DNA of 63,994 nt, counting the filler, from Stramenopiles sp. TOSAG23-2 (lineage: Eukaryota): NCBI GenBank assembly GCA_900128395.1. It is 14 parts of 14 records of this genome, joined end to end, with 100 filler letters (N's around TTAATTAATTAA, not from the genome) between each part and the next. Parts side by side here need not be neighbours in the genome. Positions count along the whole stretch, not along the records: positions 1 to 4,508 come from LT650877.1; positions 4,609 to 9,108 come from LT650878.1; positions 9,209 to 13,706 come from LT650879.1; 11 more parts are not named here. One strand, 5' to 3'. The position numbers and the translations under genes are program-made. The notes below the pieces were generated by a model. It ran no database searches, had not been told where the DNA came from, and saw nothing but the letters and a program-made list of their open reading frames with translations. Position 1 is the stretch's first letter. Every line of letters begins with the position of its first letter. Below, in pieces: positions 1 to 10,146 of the stretch.

Positions 1-2227
1 TTAATCCTTCACCAATACTTTGTACATCAGTAATATTATTACCATATAGGTACAATTCATATAATGTATTGTTTGTTTTTAACAATTCACCAATAGCTAA
101 TGCATCCTCATCTGTGAGTTTCTTTCCCGCCAAATCCACCCCCGTCTCCCCATCAAATTCTTTTTCCCATTTCATATACGCAGCACTTTTAATTATTACC
201 TTCTTTTTTTTACCATTGTCATCATCGTTGTCATTGTTATTATTATAATTATTATTATCATTAACATTATCTTGTTGCTGATCTACATTATCATCAATAA
301 CATCTGCTCCTTTTGTTTCATCATCACCATTACCACCACCAAATTCATCCTCAACATCACTACTCGTTTCATCATCACTACTACTACTACTACTATTCAA
401 AGTCAAACTATCCACCATTGTTACACTATCGGTTTGCTCTTTTTCATCCTTTAAAATATGATCGAATTCATTTCGTAATCTTTGAACATAATTATCATCC
501 TCGTTTGTTCCACCACCTACTATCTGTGGCAAAACCATTAAATCATTATCTTCCTCACGACTATCAAGTGCTGCTTCTAAATGTATAATATGTGGATGTG
601 ATGGTGTTGCTTTTAATTTACTTGATTTTTCAAAACGTTTAATTGTAAATACAGAGTATGGAGTAAATAAATATTCATATTCATCTGGCACGCCATTTGC
701 CCTTTTCACAATTTGATTCACGTTTTGGCATAATTTAGATGGGTCATCTTTACCATTCGGATCTACATGTATTTGAAACATAACAACTGGTTGATCTTCA
801 GGGGGTATTTTGTTTTGATAATATGACCATGCACGACGAGCAAAGAAATCTGCTTTTGTTCTTTTGTAACTAGTTGCTAAATAAGTACGCATTCTGCATT
901 TCAATCCAATATTATTTTGATAAAACAATAAATCATCATGTTTTACTACTGTACCACGATATAAAATTCCATTTGGTGGAAATTTTAGTATTGCCGTATT
1001 ATCATTTTTAATAACTCTTCGTGCAACTAGTAAACTATTAATCCCACGACATAATGTTACCGCTATCTGGATTAATTTTTCATTATCTGTTTTTAGTGCT
1101 GTATTTATTATGGTACAAAATTCTGGCAATGGATCTTCTTTACATGCACTTGTCCATAATCGTTGTGCAGCAGCACTAATTTCACCAATGAGTTCTTTTA
1201 TGGTTTGCTCATCACTCATCATCTCTTGTTGTAAACCCCTGAATAGTTTATCACCAATGGATTTATCAATATTTTTAAATGTACAATATGCTTGTATAAG
1301 TTGATCAATTGGTTGTTCAAATTCGTAGCTCTTTTTTGGATCTTTTGCCACACTATAATATTTTTTAAAATTTGATGTTGCAAATGTATTTGTCATTTCA
1401 TCTATAGCATGGTATATTTGTTTAAAACATTTCGTTGCATTTTTACTACACATTGGAAATATCTTAGGATCTCGATTCGCATGCCTATCAATAAATCCAA
1501 AACCATCCCATAACAAACGATCACCTGTGTAATGAATTAATTTAACTCCATATTTAAACATTCGTAGAACAGCAGTTTCAGCATCAGCATTCATTTCGAA
1601 AAGATTTTTTTGGGTAGATTTGTACCGATCTTCCATATCATCTTTAGTGTAACATCGAGAAAGATCAATTCGATGACATGTTTCCAATATAATTATATGT
1701 GGCGTTTTATTTTTGTTATACATATTTTTAAGAGCTATGTATGATATTTTGAAAGCAGTTTGCAACTGTTCCGGCATATTTTTTTTGTAATATGCTTTAT
1801 AGACTTTGTATGAATTTTTTTTAAATTGATTATGTAATTCAGGACTTGTGCTATAACTAATATCACTTTCACGACCAACACTTTCAAAAAGTAATGCAAC
1901 TTGCAAAGCAAATATTTCTTCTCCTGAGAAATTAAATTTACTTTTATCCATTTTACAATATTTTTTAAAAGTATCAATAACAATTGGTACTAAAAATGCT
2001 TTACGCATAGAGTGTGCAAGTGCATGATTTGGTCGTTCAATACCATGGTCCGCGTATAAATCAACATGCCACGCTTGTTTTATCGCTTCAGATGATCCAG
2101 TCGGTGGACTTTGTTTGTATGGTTTGCTATAATAATTATTGTATAAATATTGTGATATTTCTAATAATTTTGTAGTACTGATAAATTCGTCATTGTTGTT
2201 ATTATTATTTTCTGCAATTGACGCCAT
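1..2227 (-). CDS. SidE/DupA-type phosphodiesterase + R-S-ExE mono-ADP-ribosyltransferase + LRR protein (3' truncated, >=742 aa)
   Basis: Hand translation from ATG 2227 is stop-free to the window edge. PDE motifs: YLYNNYYSKPY, ERPNHALAHSMR (H68, H72), LLFESVGRESD, CHRIDLSRCY (H185, R191), TGDR. ART motifs: LYRG (R424), YLATS, DEYEYLFTPYSVF (E516, E518). Then an acidic/Asn linker and LRRs (LTDEDALAIGELLKTNNTLYELYLYGNNITD). Confidence 0.88.
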   Translation of the reverse strand, partial: MASIAENNNNNNDEFISTTKLLEISQYLYNNYYSKPYKQSPPTGSSEAIKQAWHVDLYADHGIERPNHALAHSMRKAFLVPIVIDTFKKYCKMDKSKFNFSGEEIFALQVALLFESVGRESDISYSTSPELHNQFKKNSYKVYKAYYKKNMPEQLQTAFKISYIALKNMYNKNKTPHIIILETCHRIDLSRCYTKDDMEDRYKSTQKNLFEMNADAETAVLRMFKYGVKLIHYTGDRLLWDGFGFIDRHANRDPKIFPMCSKNATKCFKQIYHAIDEMTNTFATSNFKKYYSVAKDPKKSYEFEQPIDQLIQAYCTFKNIDKSIGDKLFRGLQQEMMSDEQTIKELIGEISAAAQRLWTSACKEDPLPEFCTIINTALKTDNEKLIQIAVTLCRGINSLLVARRVIKNDNTAILKFPPNGILYRGTVVKHDDLLFYQNNIGLKCRMRTYLATSYKRTKADFFARRAWSYYQNKIPPEDQPVVMFQIHVDPNGKDDPSKLCQNVNQIVKRANGVPDEYEYLFTPYSVFTIKRFEKSSKLKATPSHPHIIHLEAALDSREEDNDLMVLPQIVGGGTNEDDNYVQRLRNEFDHILKDEKEQTDSVTMVDSLTLNSSSSSSDDETSSDVEDEFGGGNGDDETKGADVIDDNVDQQQDNVNDNNNYNNNNDNDDDNGKKKKVIIKSAAYMKWEKEFDGETGVDLAGKKLTDEDALAIGELLKTNNTLYELYLYGNNITDVQSIGEGL

Positions 2228-2942
2228 GTTGTTTTTGTTTTTTTTTTTTTAAATAATTGTTCTATTCTATTCCAATGTACTTATATAAAAATATAGTTAG
2301 TTGTAACGTGAAATATTCTTTGTTTTTCGTACAATATACAATTTATATACATGTATATATATATGAAATACAGTATAATATCAATACTTTTTCTTTTCCT
2401 TCATCCAATATTGCAGTAAATATGTGTTTATTATCTTCTTTATCATTCATCTTTTTTTTGCTAGATAGTACAGTAGTACAGTAGTATTATAATAGATAAT
2501 AGTTGTTGATGCTCCTCTTATTATTAAAAAATAATATTATTTTTTGGGGTGGTGGATCTTCCTTCTTTCTTTGCACAAAACAAACATTTCCGTATATAAA
2601 GAAAACTTACTGTATCATAAATGTTATAGTGAATAATATTATGCTATTCTTTTTTATAACATATTTTTCTATCCCCAATGTCCACAAAGTCAAAACTTTT
2701 ATAGTAAAAAGCTAAAAGTTTGTGTTCGTAATTACAAAAAAAGGCTGCTGTCAACCTTCCTCCCTAACCTCTCAATTCTCAATGCTGTGTGGTGTTATTA
2801 TTTGTATTTTTGAACAAAACTTAAACTTCCTGGACAAATATATATAAAAAAAATAGATGTAGAAACACATACACATATACACATAGATACTAGAAATGCA
2901 ATAGAGCAGTAAAGAAAGGGGAAAAAGTAATTTGATGCAAGA

Positions 2943-3065
2943 GACGACGACCTGCCACAGACGACCTGCCACAAACGACACAAACGACTGCCACAAACGA
3001 CTACCACAGACGACTGCCACAAACGACTAGCTTGAGCTATACTGCATATAAACGACTGCCAACAG
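2943..3065. repeat. GC-rich degenerate minisatellite (~14-15 bp unit, ACGACTGCCACAA-like)
   Basis: gacgacctgccacagacgacctgccacaaacgacacaaacgactgccacaaacgactaccacagacgactgccacaaacgac within AT-rich intergenic DNA. Confidence 0.8.
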
Positions 3066-3669
3066 TGGACTGCGCGATTGGATAAAAACCAGGCAAGCGA
3101 ACGAGTGAGAGGATCGATATTAGGAACCAGGAACAGCAAGGCATTATTAATTGCATTGATTGGATCACATTATATATACGTGTAGTATAGCTTGATTTTT
3201 TTATATTTATTATTATTAATGAGCATTATACGTATAGATTGATTCTTTTATATTTATTGTTAACGAGTGAGAGTATCTATATATCGAGGAACAACAAGGT
3301 ATATATCGATTACACATTAACTGGATCACATTACCTTTAGTAGATTGATTTTTTTTATTATTTGATATAATAATTGTTTGGCATCAATTGGCGTGTATAA
3401 AGTTGGAATAGAACGATTCTTACACATAGATAAATCATTTAGCAATTGCATTCGAACGTGCGAACGGCAAGATATACATAATTTTAGTCATCATTCATTT
3501 TTAATTCTACATCAAAGAGCGATACATACATATACATACATTACATGATTGATATCACCTTCAAAACAATGTAAATTCAACAAATAGAAATATATAAATT
3601 GATAATAATAAATATAAATAAATTCATATATAATATATATAGGCACATAGCGCCATATAAAAATAAAAA

Positions 3670-4504
3670 TATGAGTTGGAGAAAAAGTGCTGGTAATAAA
3701 TATTTTCCAACACCAAATAAAGTAAAAGCATCAAATCACAATCGTACAAAAAATAACAACAATAAAAGACGAAGAAGAAAGCGACAAAATCAACATAGTA
3801 GATCATTACCAACGAACAGGAAGAAAAAAAGACATAATATAAAATTACCAGAATGGTATCCAAGCAATAAACATGATTTATCATCTTTCACTGCAGCTGC
3901 TGATTTAGTTGCACAAATGCGTTATGAACAATTAATAGAATCACGTGCTCAACGTCTTATGAGAGAATATTGGGCAGATGGATTTAAACGTAAACAACAT
4001 TCCATCAAACAAACTTCAATGATGAATCATTACGGAGCCGATCATCCTAAAAATCGACGTGATGATAATGTAAATATATATGATTATCCAAAGAAATCTG
4101 GATTTCTAGAACCGATAGACCCTGTACATTTAATATCAGATGAACATATAGATGAATTAGCAGAGAAAGATGCTGGTGTTGGTAGTAAAGATCGTTTTGA
4201 ACGAAAAGTACGAGTTGATCATTTAAAACATAGTTATGTTGAAAGTAGAATGTTAACACGTAAATTAAAGGAAATACAAATAGAATGGGATGATAAAATG
4301 AAACGACAACGTGAACAAAAAGCAAAATCAAAATTAAATACAATAGAACAAAAACGTAGAGGTATTAATAAAACAAATTTACAACCTGGACAATTTGAAC
4401 CATATGAAGAGACTAAAGAATTATCAAAAGTAAATCAATGGTTAGAACGTCATAATGAAAGTGCATTGAAAAATAGAATGCTGATGCTGAAACTGCTGTT
4501 CTAA
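3670..4504 (+). CDS. Hypothetical basic/coiled-coil protein; 3' end probably chimeric
   Basis: ORF from ATG 3670 (MSWRKSAG) with host-like composition; nt 4476-4503 is an inverted copy of 1565-1592. Confidence 0.6.
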
Positions 4505-4508
4505 GGAT

Positions 4509-4608
4509 NNNNNNNNNNNNNNNNNNNNNNNNNNNNNNNNNNNNNNNNNNNNTTAATTAATTAANNNNNNNNNNNNNNNNNNNNNNNNNNNNNNNNNNNN
4601 NNNNNNNN
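4509..4608. other. Artificial contig linker (N-run + TTAATTAATTAA + N-run). Others at 9109, 13707, 18303, 22892, 27480, 32066, 36642, 41218, 45793, 50366, 54931, 59494
   Basis: Identical 100-nt spacer with stop codons in all six frames; contig lengths between spacers fall steadily (4500, 4498, 4496 ... 4463). Confidence 0.98.
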
Positions 4609-6333
4609 TTTTTGCTTGCGGAAGCAGCGGATGCATTGCCATCGTGGGCAGAACCAGATACGTGTGAAAATAGATTGTTTTTGAATAAGGGTTGTTTTAA
4701 ACTTTTACCAATAGAAATATTACCTGGAAATCCATCTTTTAAAAATGTTTTGAACTACATGATCTTAGCTAATGAGAGCGATGATATATATGTGGAAGAA
4801 ATTGATCAAATTATTAAGAGAAGAATCCATAAAATGCCCAATATACTAAAAGATTTGAATCATAATACACTTTGTTACATGCCTTTAAAAGGATTGTTGT
4901 TTTTAAAAAAGTACAAAGAGCTAATACCATTGATTGTTAACGAGTATTATTATAGAAGTAAAGATGATGTCGAAATGTGTCACAAAGCAATGTTTTTTTT
5001 CGCCGATAAAGATAAATGTAAAAGTAATCATAGTAACAACATGAGCATCAACGTTCAACCTGATGAAAAAAATGTAAAAAGTGAATTAGAACTTGATGTA
5101 AGCCCTTTGTTCCCAGTACTTGTTAAAATGACACGTTTGAGGTATTCACAAATTATTAATGACCAATATATCAAACCAAAGTGTATGTTGAAAAGTATTA
5201 ATAATACAAAATGCAATGTTAACAAAAAAATTATGAAGCGTCAAATATCTCTTGGTGTTAAATTAACATGTGGGCTTGAAATATTAGCAAGGTCTTTTGG
5301 AATTGGTGATTGGAATTATAGATTTGATAGATTTATTGAATCTCTTCAAAAGAAAAAATATTTTAAAAACACACTTGTTGGGTCTAAGGAATATAATAAT
5401 CGCTTAAAAGCTGCTGAAAAGTTTTTTGATAAACAGGAAGGTACAAATTATGTTAATGGCAATAGTACGACTAAATTTGATTTTACTGATCCGGGAGGAA
5501 AACGACTTCATCTAAGTAAGAATTCTATTGGTGAAAAAATATATAATTTTCTGAACAATGTGAACAATGAGGAGGAGGAATTGTTGAAGTCTCATAAGGC
5601 AGCTATTAATGAATATGAAATTATGAAACTTGAGAATGAAGAAGATGATGATAATTGGATGCATATAGACTATGATGAATTTTTAAACCAAACTGCAAAA
5701 CAATTTAAAATAAATATTCCCAAGACAAATAATAATAAAGAAGCAAGAATGGAACAAAATGTATCGAAATTAAATAATTTGACTGCCACATTACAAGATT
5801 TTTTAAACACGGAATCAAATTATGAAGGTATTGATAACAATAATACAATGGCACTGGATACTGATTCTTTTTTTGAAATCTTAAAAAGTTTTAACGTTAA
5901 TCCCCCTACCAAAAATGATATTCATGGTGATCATTATACGAAGAAAAACGTTTATAGTGATGATGTTGATACTGGTATTAATAAAAGTGCATCTAAAAAA
6001 CTAAATATTGGTTTGATAAATCGTATGATGGATGAAGAACTTTCATCCACAACTGCATTTGAAACATTCAACCGTGTCAGTAGTAATAACCAAGATCATG
6101 GAGACAAAAATAATAATAATTCAAATGTCAAAACAGCACATTCGGCTGATAAGGAATATGAATTACAACCAATTGATTTAGATTACAACTTGGTTTCCAA
6201 TATATTAGAAGCATTTAGAGTTGAAAAAAATGATTTACAAAATGGTATAGGGCCAGTGTCAATATTATTAAATAATTTAGAAGAAACGTCGGATGTTGAC
6301 ACCTGGATTCCAAGTAACGTTGATAATGACTAA
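4609..6333 (+). CDS. ECD: Ecdysoneless/hSGT1 family protein (5' truncated)
   Basis: FLLAEAADALPSWAEPDTCENRLFL, LGVKLTCGLEIL, DDDNWMHI and PIDLDYNLVSNILEAF..GPVSILL match ECD/SGT1 conserved blocks. Confidence 0.88.
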   Translation, partial: FLLAEAADALPSWAEPDTCENRLFLNKGCFKLLPIEILPGNPSFKNVLNYMILANESDDIYVEEIDQIIKRRIHKMPNILKDLNHNTLCYMPLKGLLFLKKYKELIPLIVNEYYYRSKDDVEMCHKAMFFFADKDKCKSNHSNNMSINVQPDEKNVKSELELDVSPLFPVLVKMTRLRYSQIINDQYIKPKCMLKSINNTKCNVNKKIMKRQISLGVKLTCGLEILARSFGIGDWNYRFDRFIESLQKKKYFKNTLVGSKEYNNRLKAAEKFFDKQEGTNYVNGNSTTKFDFTDPGGKRLHLSKNSIGEKIYNFLNNVNNEEEELLKSHKAAINEYEIMKLENEEDDDNWMHIDYDEFLNQTAKQFKINIPKTNNNKEARMEQNVSKLNNLTATLQDFLNTESNYEGIDNNNTMALDTDSFFEILKSFNVNPPTKNDIHGDHYTKKNVYSDDVDTGINKSASKKLNIGLINRMMDEELSSTTAFETFNRVSSNNQDHGDKNNNNSNVKTAHSADKEYELQPIDLDYNLVSNILEAFRVEKNDLQNGIGPVSILLNNLEETSDVDTWIPSNVDND

Positions 6334-6848
6334 AATAATATCTCTGCTTTACGGTATGATATGATGCATACGATAATGTGATATATTATATGATATCATA
6401 AATACATCATATCATATTATATCATATCATATGTACATATCATATCTTTTTTAATGTTATATATGTGAATATTATCATATCTGGTATCATATCATTTTGT
6501 TAAATTTAAAATTATTTTAAAATATTAGAAAAAAATCTCTCTCGTTCTCCCTGGCTAGAGTAATAATATTCACAAAAAAAAAAACATTTTTTGAGAAAAG
6601 AAAATCCGAGACAGGCAGGAGATCTTTATTCATTTATATGAGAAGCGACAAAAATATTTTCGAAGATTTAATTTTAGACATCATATAATAAATAAAATAT
6701 AAAAAATAATACGAACACATATAAAAAAGGTAATATATATATATATAAATTTGAAATAAAAGATCATTTACTGTTGTGTACATAATCCAATTGCATACAT
6801 AACTACTATACGCTAAATAGAGAGCCAGTTTTTTTTTACAAATGGTTG

Positions 6849-7046
6849 TTACTTCCATCCATTTGATTTTACTATCTTCTTTACATCCTTCGCTGCAGCA
6901 GCTGCTCTTTGTCTTTCCAGGTCACGTTTGACCCCTTCATACATTTCTGCACGTTCCATATTTTGACGATGATGTACATAACCAACGCCACAGATGGTAG
7001 AAACGGTAACTGCTGCCAAAAGAATTTTGGGCGCCATGGCATTCAT
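6849..7046 (-). CDS. PET117: Cytochrome c oxidase assembly factor PET117
   Basis: Short hydrophobic N-terminus followed by VGYVHHRQNMERAEMYEGVKRDLERQ. Confidence 0.85.
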   Translation of the reverse strand: MNAMAPKILLAAVTVSTICGVGYVHHRQNMERAEMYEGVKRDLERQRAAAAAKDVKKIVKSNGWK

Positions 7047-7961
7047 TGTATTTTCTGCATTAAATTTGAAAAATTGCAAGTAACTATTTGGTCTCGTTGT
7101 ATTAGATATATATGTTAAATGTGGTTGAGACGACTAGTCTGATTATTATTGTTGTTGGTAATCTATTAGAAGAAGAGTGCAAGACACGATACTAATAATT
7201 ATACCAGGTGTAAAAAAATTCATAAGTATATTGATAAAATTTTATAATAAATATATTATTAATAATATCTGTTGTTGTTACGGTGGTTTTAGTTTGCTAG
7301 CCAGCTGGCCAGCCAGCCAGCTAGGTTTGCCAGGTTTGCACGCCTGCCCGCCTGGCCCGCTGGCACGCCTGGCACGGGGCACGGACGTAGACTAAGAAAA
7401 GTACGATCCTATTAATCTAATTTCACTAATTAACCATGTATTATTGAAATAATTGCGGTGCAATTACCATATTATTGAAATTATTATTATGGTTGATAAA
7501 GTATAAGGTATTATTTTTTATCAAAATTGCTCTCTTAATGCTATTTAATGCTATTGTCTAAAGATCGAGTCGTGTCGTGTAAATTTTTTTTTTTTTCCCT
7601 GTGCGCCCGGCGCGTGAGGCGTGTCCCACGTTCGGTGCAAATATCTGTAGCATAAACACAGCAGAGGTTTGCATCACCAACTAACATAATATGACAAATA
7701 CTAATAGGCTACATACATGCACATTCATCATAATATACCAACATAATAATAATAATAATTTTTTATATAAAAAAAACGGTGCAAATTACATGAAATATGA
7801 AATATATACATGTATATATATTAACATATATAGACATACACATACACACACTGTCATCCTGTATTCATTTGCAATCAATTACACACCCTCTCTACCAATA
7901 CATTAATATTGACCCTACAACTGGCATTGCATAAATAAAAACAATAATTTCATTCTAAACC

Positions 7962-8252
7962 ATGTCTCATGATGAATGGGACATGGATGATTTAAATGCA
8001 ATTGATCAACAATTAGCAAATACACCAAAAGCAAATGATTTATCACCAACGAAAAAAAAGAGAGCAGGTAAACGTAGATCATTGATGTCTAAAATAGAAG
8101 ACCAAATTAATAACAGTGAAGATATGAAAGGTAACAGTGCAATTCGCAGGGAAAATCTTGATTTCTAAATTGTTGTTTATATGTATCCATGGTACTTTGT
8201 GATACAGATAAAGATGCTGCGCGTAATGGCATGGCTTCTTTTGTTGTTATGG
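7962..8252 (+). CDS. Small hypothetical protein, possibly spliced
   Basis: ATG in host-like context (MSHDEWDMDDL). Possible GT..AG intron at ~8131-8207 continuing into DKDAARNGMASFVVM. True 3' end unclear. Confidence 0.4.
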
Positions 8253-8999
8253 TAAATTACCACAGTATTTTACTTATATAAGTAATTACTTGTTTTTTCC
8301 GTAGTTGATATATATATATATATATATATATAAATGCTGAGTTTATTCATATCAAGACACACACAAACCAAACGGTAATGTTTTATGATGTTGATGTGAT
8401 CGGAGTCCATGTGAATCTGATTAGTGCTGTGCGCCTGCTATACAATGCTATGTCCTTAGTAGATTGCTAATTTTCTTCGTACATGAGTTAACGGATCCGA
8501 CATGATGATTTAATATTGTACCTCTTCTTTTTATATTATTACTTATTATTCCGTACATATATATGTATATATAATGTTTGCATATATACAATGTTGTTGT
8601 TGTTGTGCATGTGTCATGTATATATATAAATATATATAGTATGCACACCAATTCATGATGATGTATTAATTGTGTGCGCGTGATGAAACTGTAAAATTGG
8701 CCTCTAATGAAGAAAATTTAAGGTATTATATATGCCTTGTGATGTGACCGTATTCATTTGTTTCATCAATCTAAATCACTTATTCTCATGGTGCCATGAT
8801 GGTGAATAAATAAACAACAACGAGTAAGTTATAGCATTGCTATATATAGCTATATTATCATATTATTTATATAGTTATTACTATAATATAGTTGTTATAT
8901 TATTATTATTATTATTATTTTTTTTTTATATTATATTTTTTATTTTACTACCAAAAAATAGAAATACAACATGATGGGAGCATATAGTAGTATATATAT

Positions 9000-9108
9000 A
9001 TATACTGATCTTGATACCAAGTATAAGATTAGTGACGTGATACACACTCACTCATATATACTGATCTTGATACCAAGTATAAGATTTGTGACGTGGCACA
9101 CACTCACT
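9000..9108. repeat. Two imperfect ~56-bp direct repeats at contig end
   Basis: atactgatcttgataccaagtataagatt(a/t)gtgacgtg..acacactcact occurs twice. Confidence 0.7.
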
Positions 9109-9726
9109 NNNNNNNNNNNNNNNNNNNNNNNNNNNNNNNNNNNNNNNNNNNNTTAATTAATTAANNNNNNNNNNNNNNNNNNNNNNNNNNNNNNNNNNNN
9201 NNNNNNNNTTTATTATATATATATGCAGGCGAGGCAGAAATAATAATAATAATAATAAAAAAGCATATGGGGCAACAAAGTATTGAATTGGTAATTTTAC
9301 GGAAAATATGAAATAAATAGAAAGAAATATTTGGATAGTTTATATTCTTAAAATATACTAAAATAATATTTTACAATGAGTTAAGATGGTACAAGGCACG
9401 GCAAGCCCAGCAAGCAAAGGGAGTATATTTTCCGAATATATGGCATATTCGTCCTGTTTTTCGAAATGCGATCCAACGTATCTAAAATGTTCTCTCTGTG
9501 TCTCTGTGTGACTATGTTAATGTAGGCACATAAGATATTTATTTAAGGTTTCCTCCCCCAGGTCCCTTTTTTCTTTTTGCTTTTTTCTGTTTTTCTTTTT
9601 TCCGTCCGTTTTTCCGTTCCGATTTTAATTTGGGACACATGTGTGATTAAAAATAGAAAAAAGAATAGATGCATCTACACATTGTATGGAAAATAGATAT
9701 AGATATATAACACACCGTTTACAATC

Positions 9727-10146
9727 ATGTCGCATTTATATATTGCAGGCGATGTTGCCTCTGTTGCATTTAGTTTAGGGGAGCGTTTGGTTGATTTGTT
9801 AAAGTCACGTTTACAAGATTTTAAATTTACAAAATTAGTATGTCCATCCAATAATTGGGGGAGTTTGTCTTCGGAATTGCAAAGGAAACATGGATTTAAA
9901 ACGAAGGATTATCAATGCGTTGTATGGACAGTATCAGGTAGATTGATTGGCAATCAAAATGATCTTGTAAAATATTGTAAGGATATATATAATGTTGAAT
10001 GCGATCTGGATCAAGCAACATTACTTGATGTCGCAGAGGAAAACAAATCAACATGTGATGGTATGTTTAATAATGATTTAGCAGTTGAAACAGATGAAGA
10101 CTTTGCTCACGTAATTGTGAATAGTTGGGAAAAATCTGAATATTAA
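9727..10146 (+). CDS. Stand-alone homolog of the MDH1B N-terminal (glutaredoxin-like) domain
   Basis: LYIAG..F..GERLVDLLKSRLQDFKFTKL...W...GRLIG..NDLVKYCKDIYNV...VAEEN parallels the MDH1B N-terminus as recalled; no dehydrogenase domain follows. Confidence 0.65.
   Translation: MSHLYIAGDVASVAFSLGERLVDLLKSRLQDFKFTKLVCPSNNWGSLSSELQRKHGFKTKDYQCVVWTVSGRLIGNQNDLVKYCKDIYNVECDLDQATLLDVAEENKSTCDGMFNNDLAVETDEDFAHVIVNSWEKSEY

Noticed and set aside
505..545. VLPQIVGGG as a ubiquitin-like C-terminus inside the PDE-mART protein
   Set aside because: The preceding residues belong to the ART fold, with no beta-grasp pattern.
272..1983. Short ORFs 272-454, 313-588 (His-rich), 1110-1304 and 1735-1983
   Set aside because: Antisense or off-frame shadows of the long minus-strand PDE-mART-LRR gene.
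1..2227. Legionella or other bacterial contaminant contig
   Set aside because: Poly-Asn tracts, poly-A leader, long AT-rich intergenic DNA and a eukaryote-type LRR match the other host contigs; no operon structure.
2943..3065. CRISPR-like or telomeric repeat; ORFs 2772-3020 and 2798-3139
   Set aside because: Short degenerate units without spacers, internal position; the ORFs are just translations of the repeat.
8330..8800. Possible C/D-box snoRNA cluster (several TGATGA and CTGA words)
   Set aside because: No convincing box pairing, terminal stems or rRNA complementarity could be established by eye.
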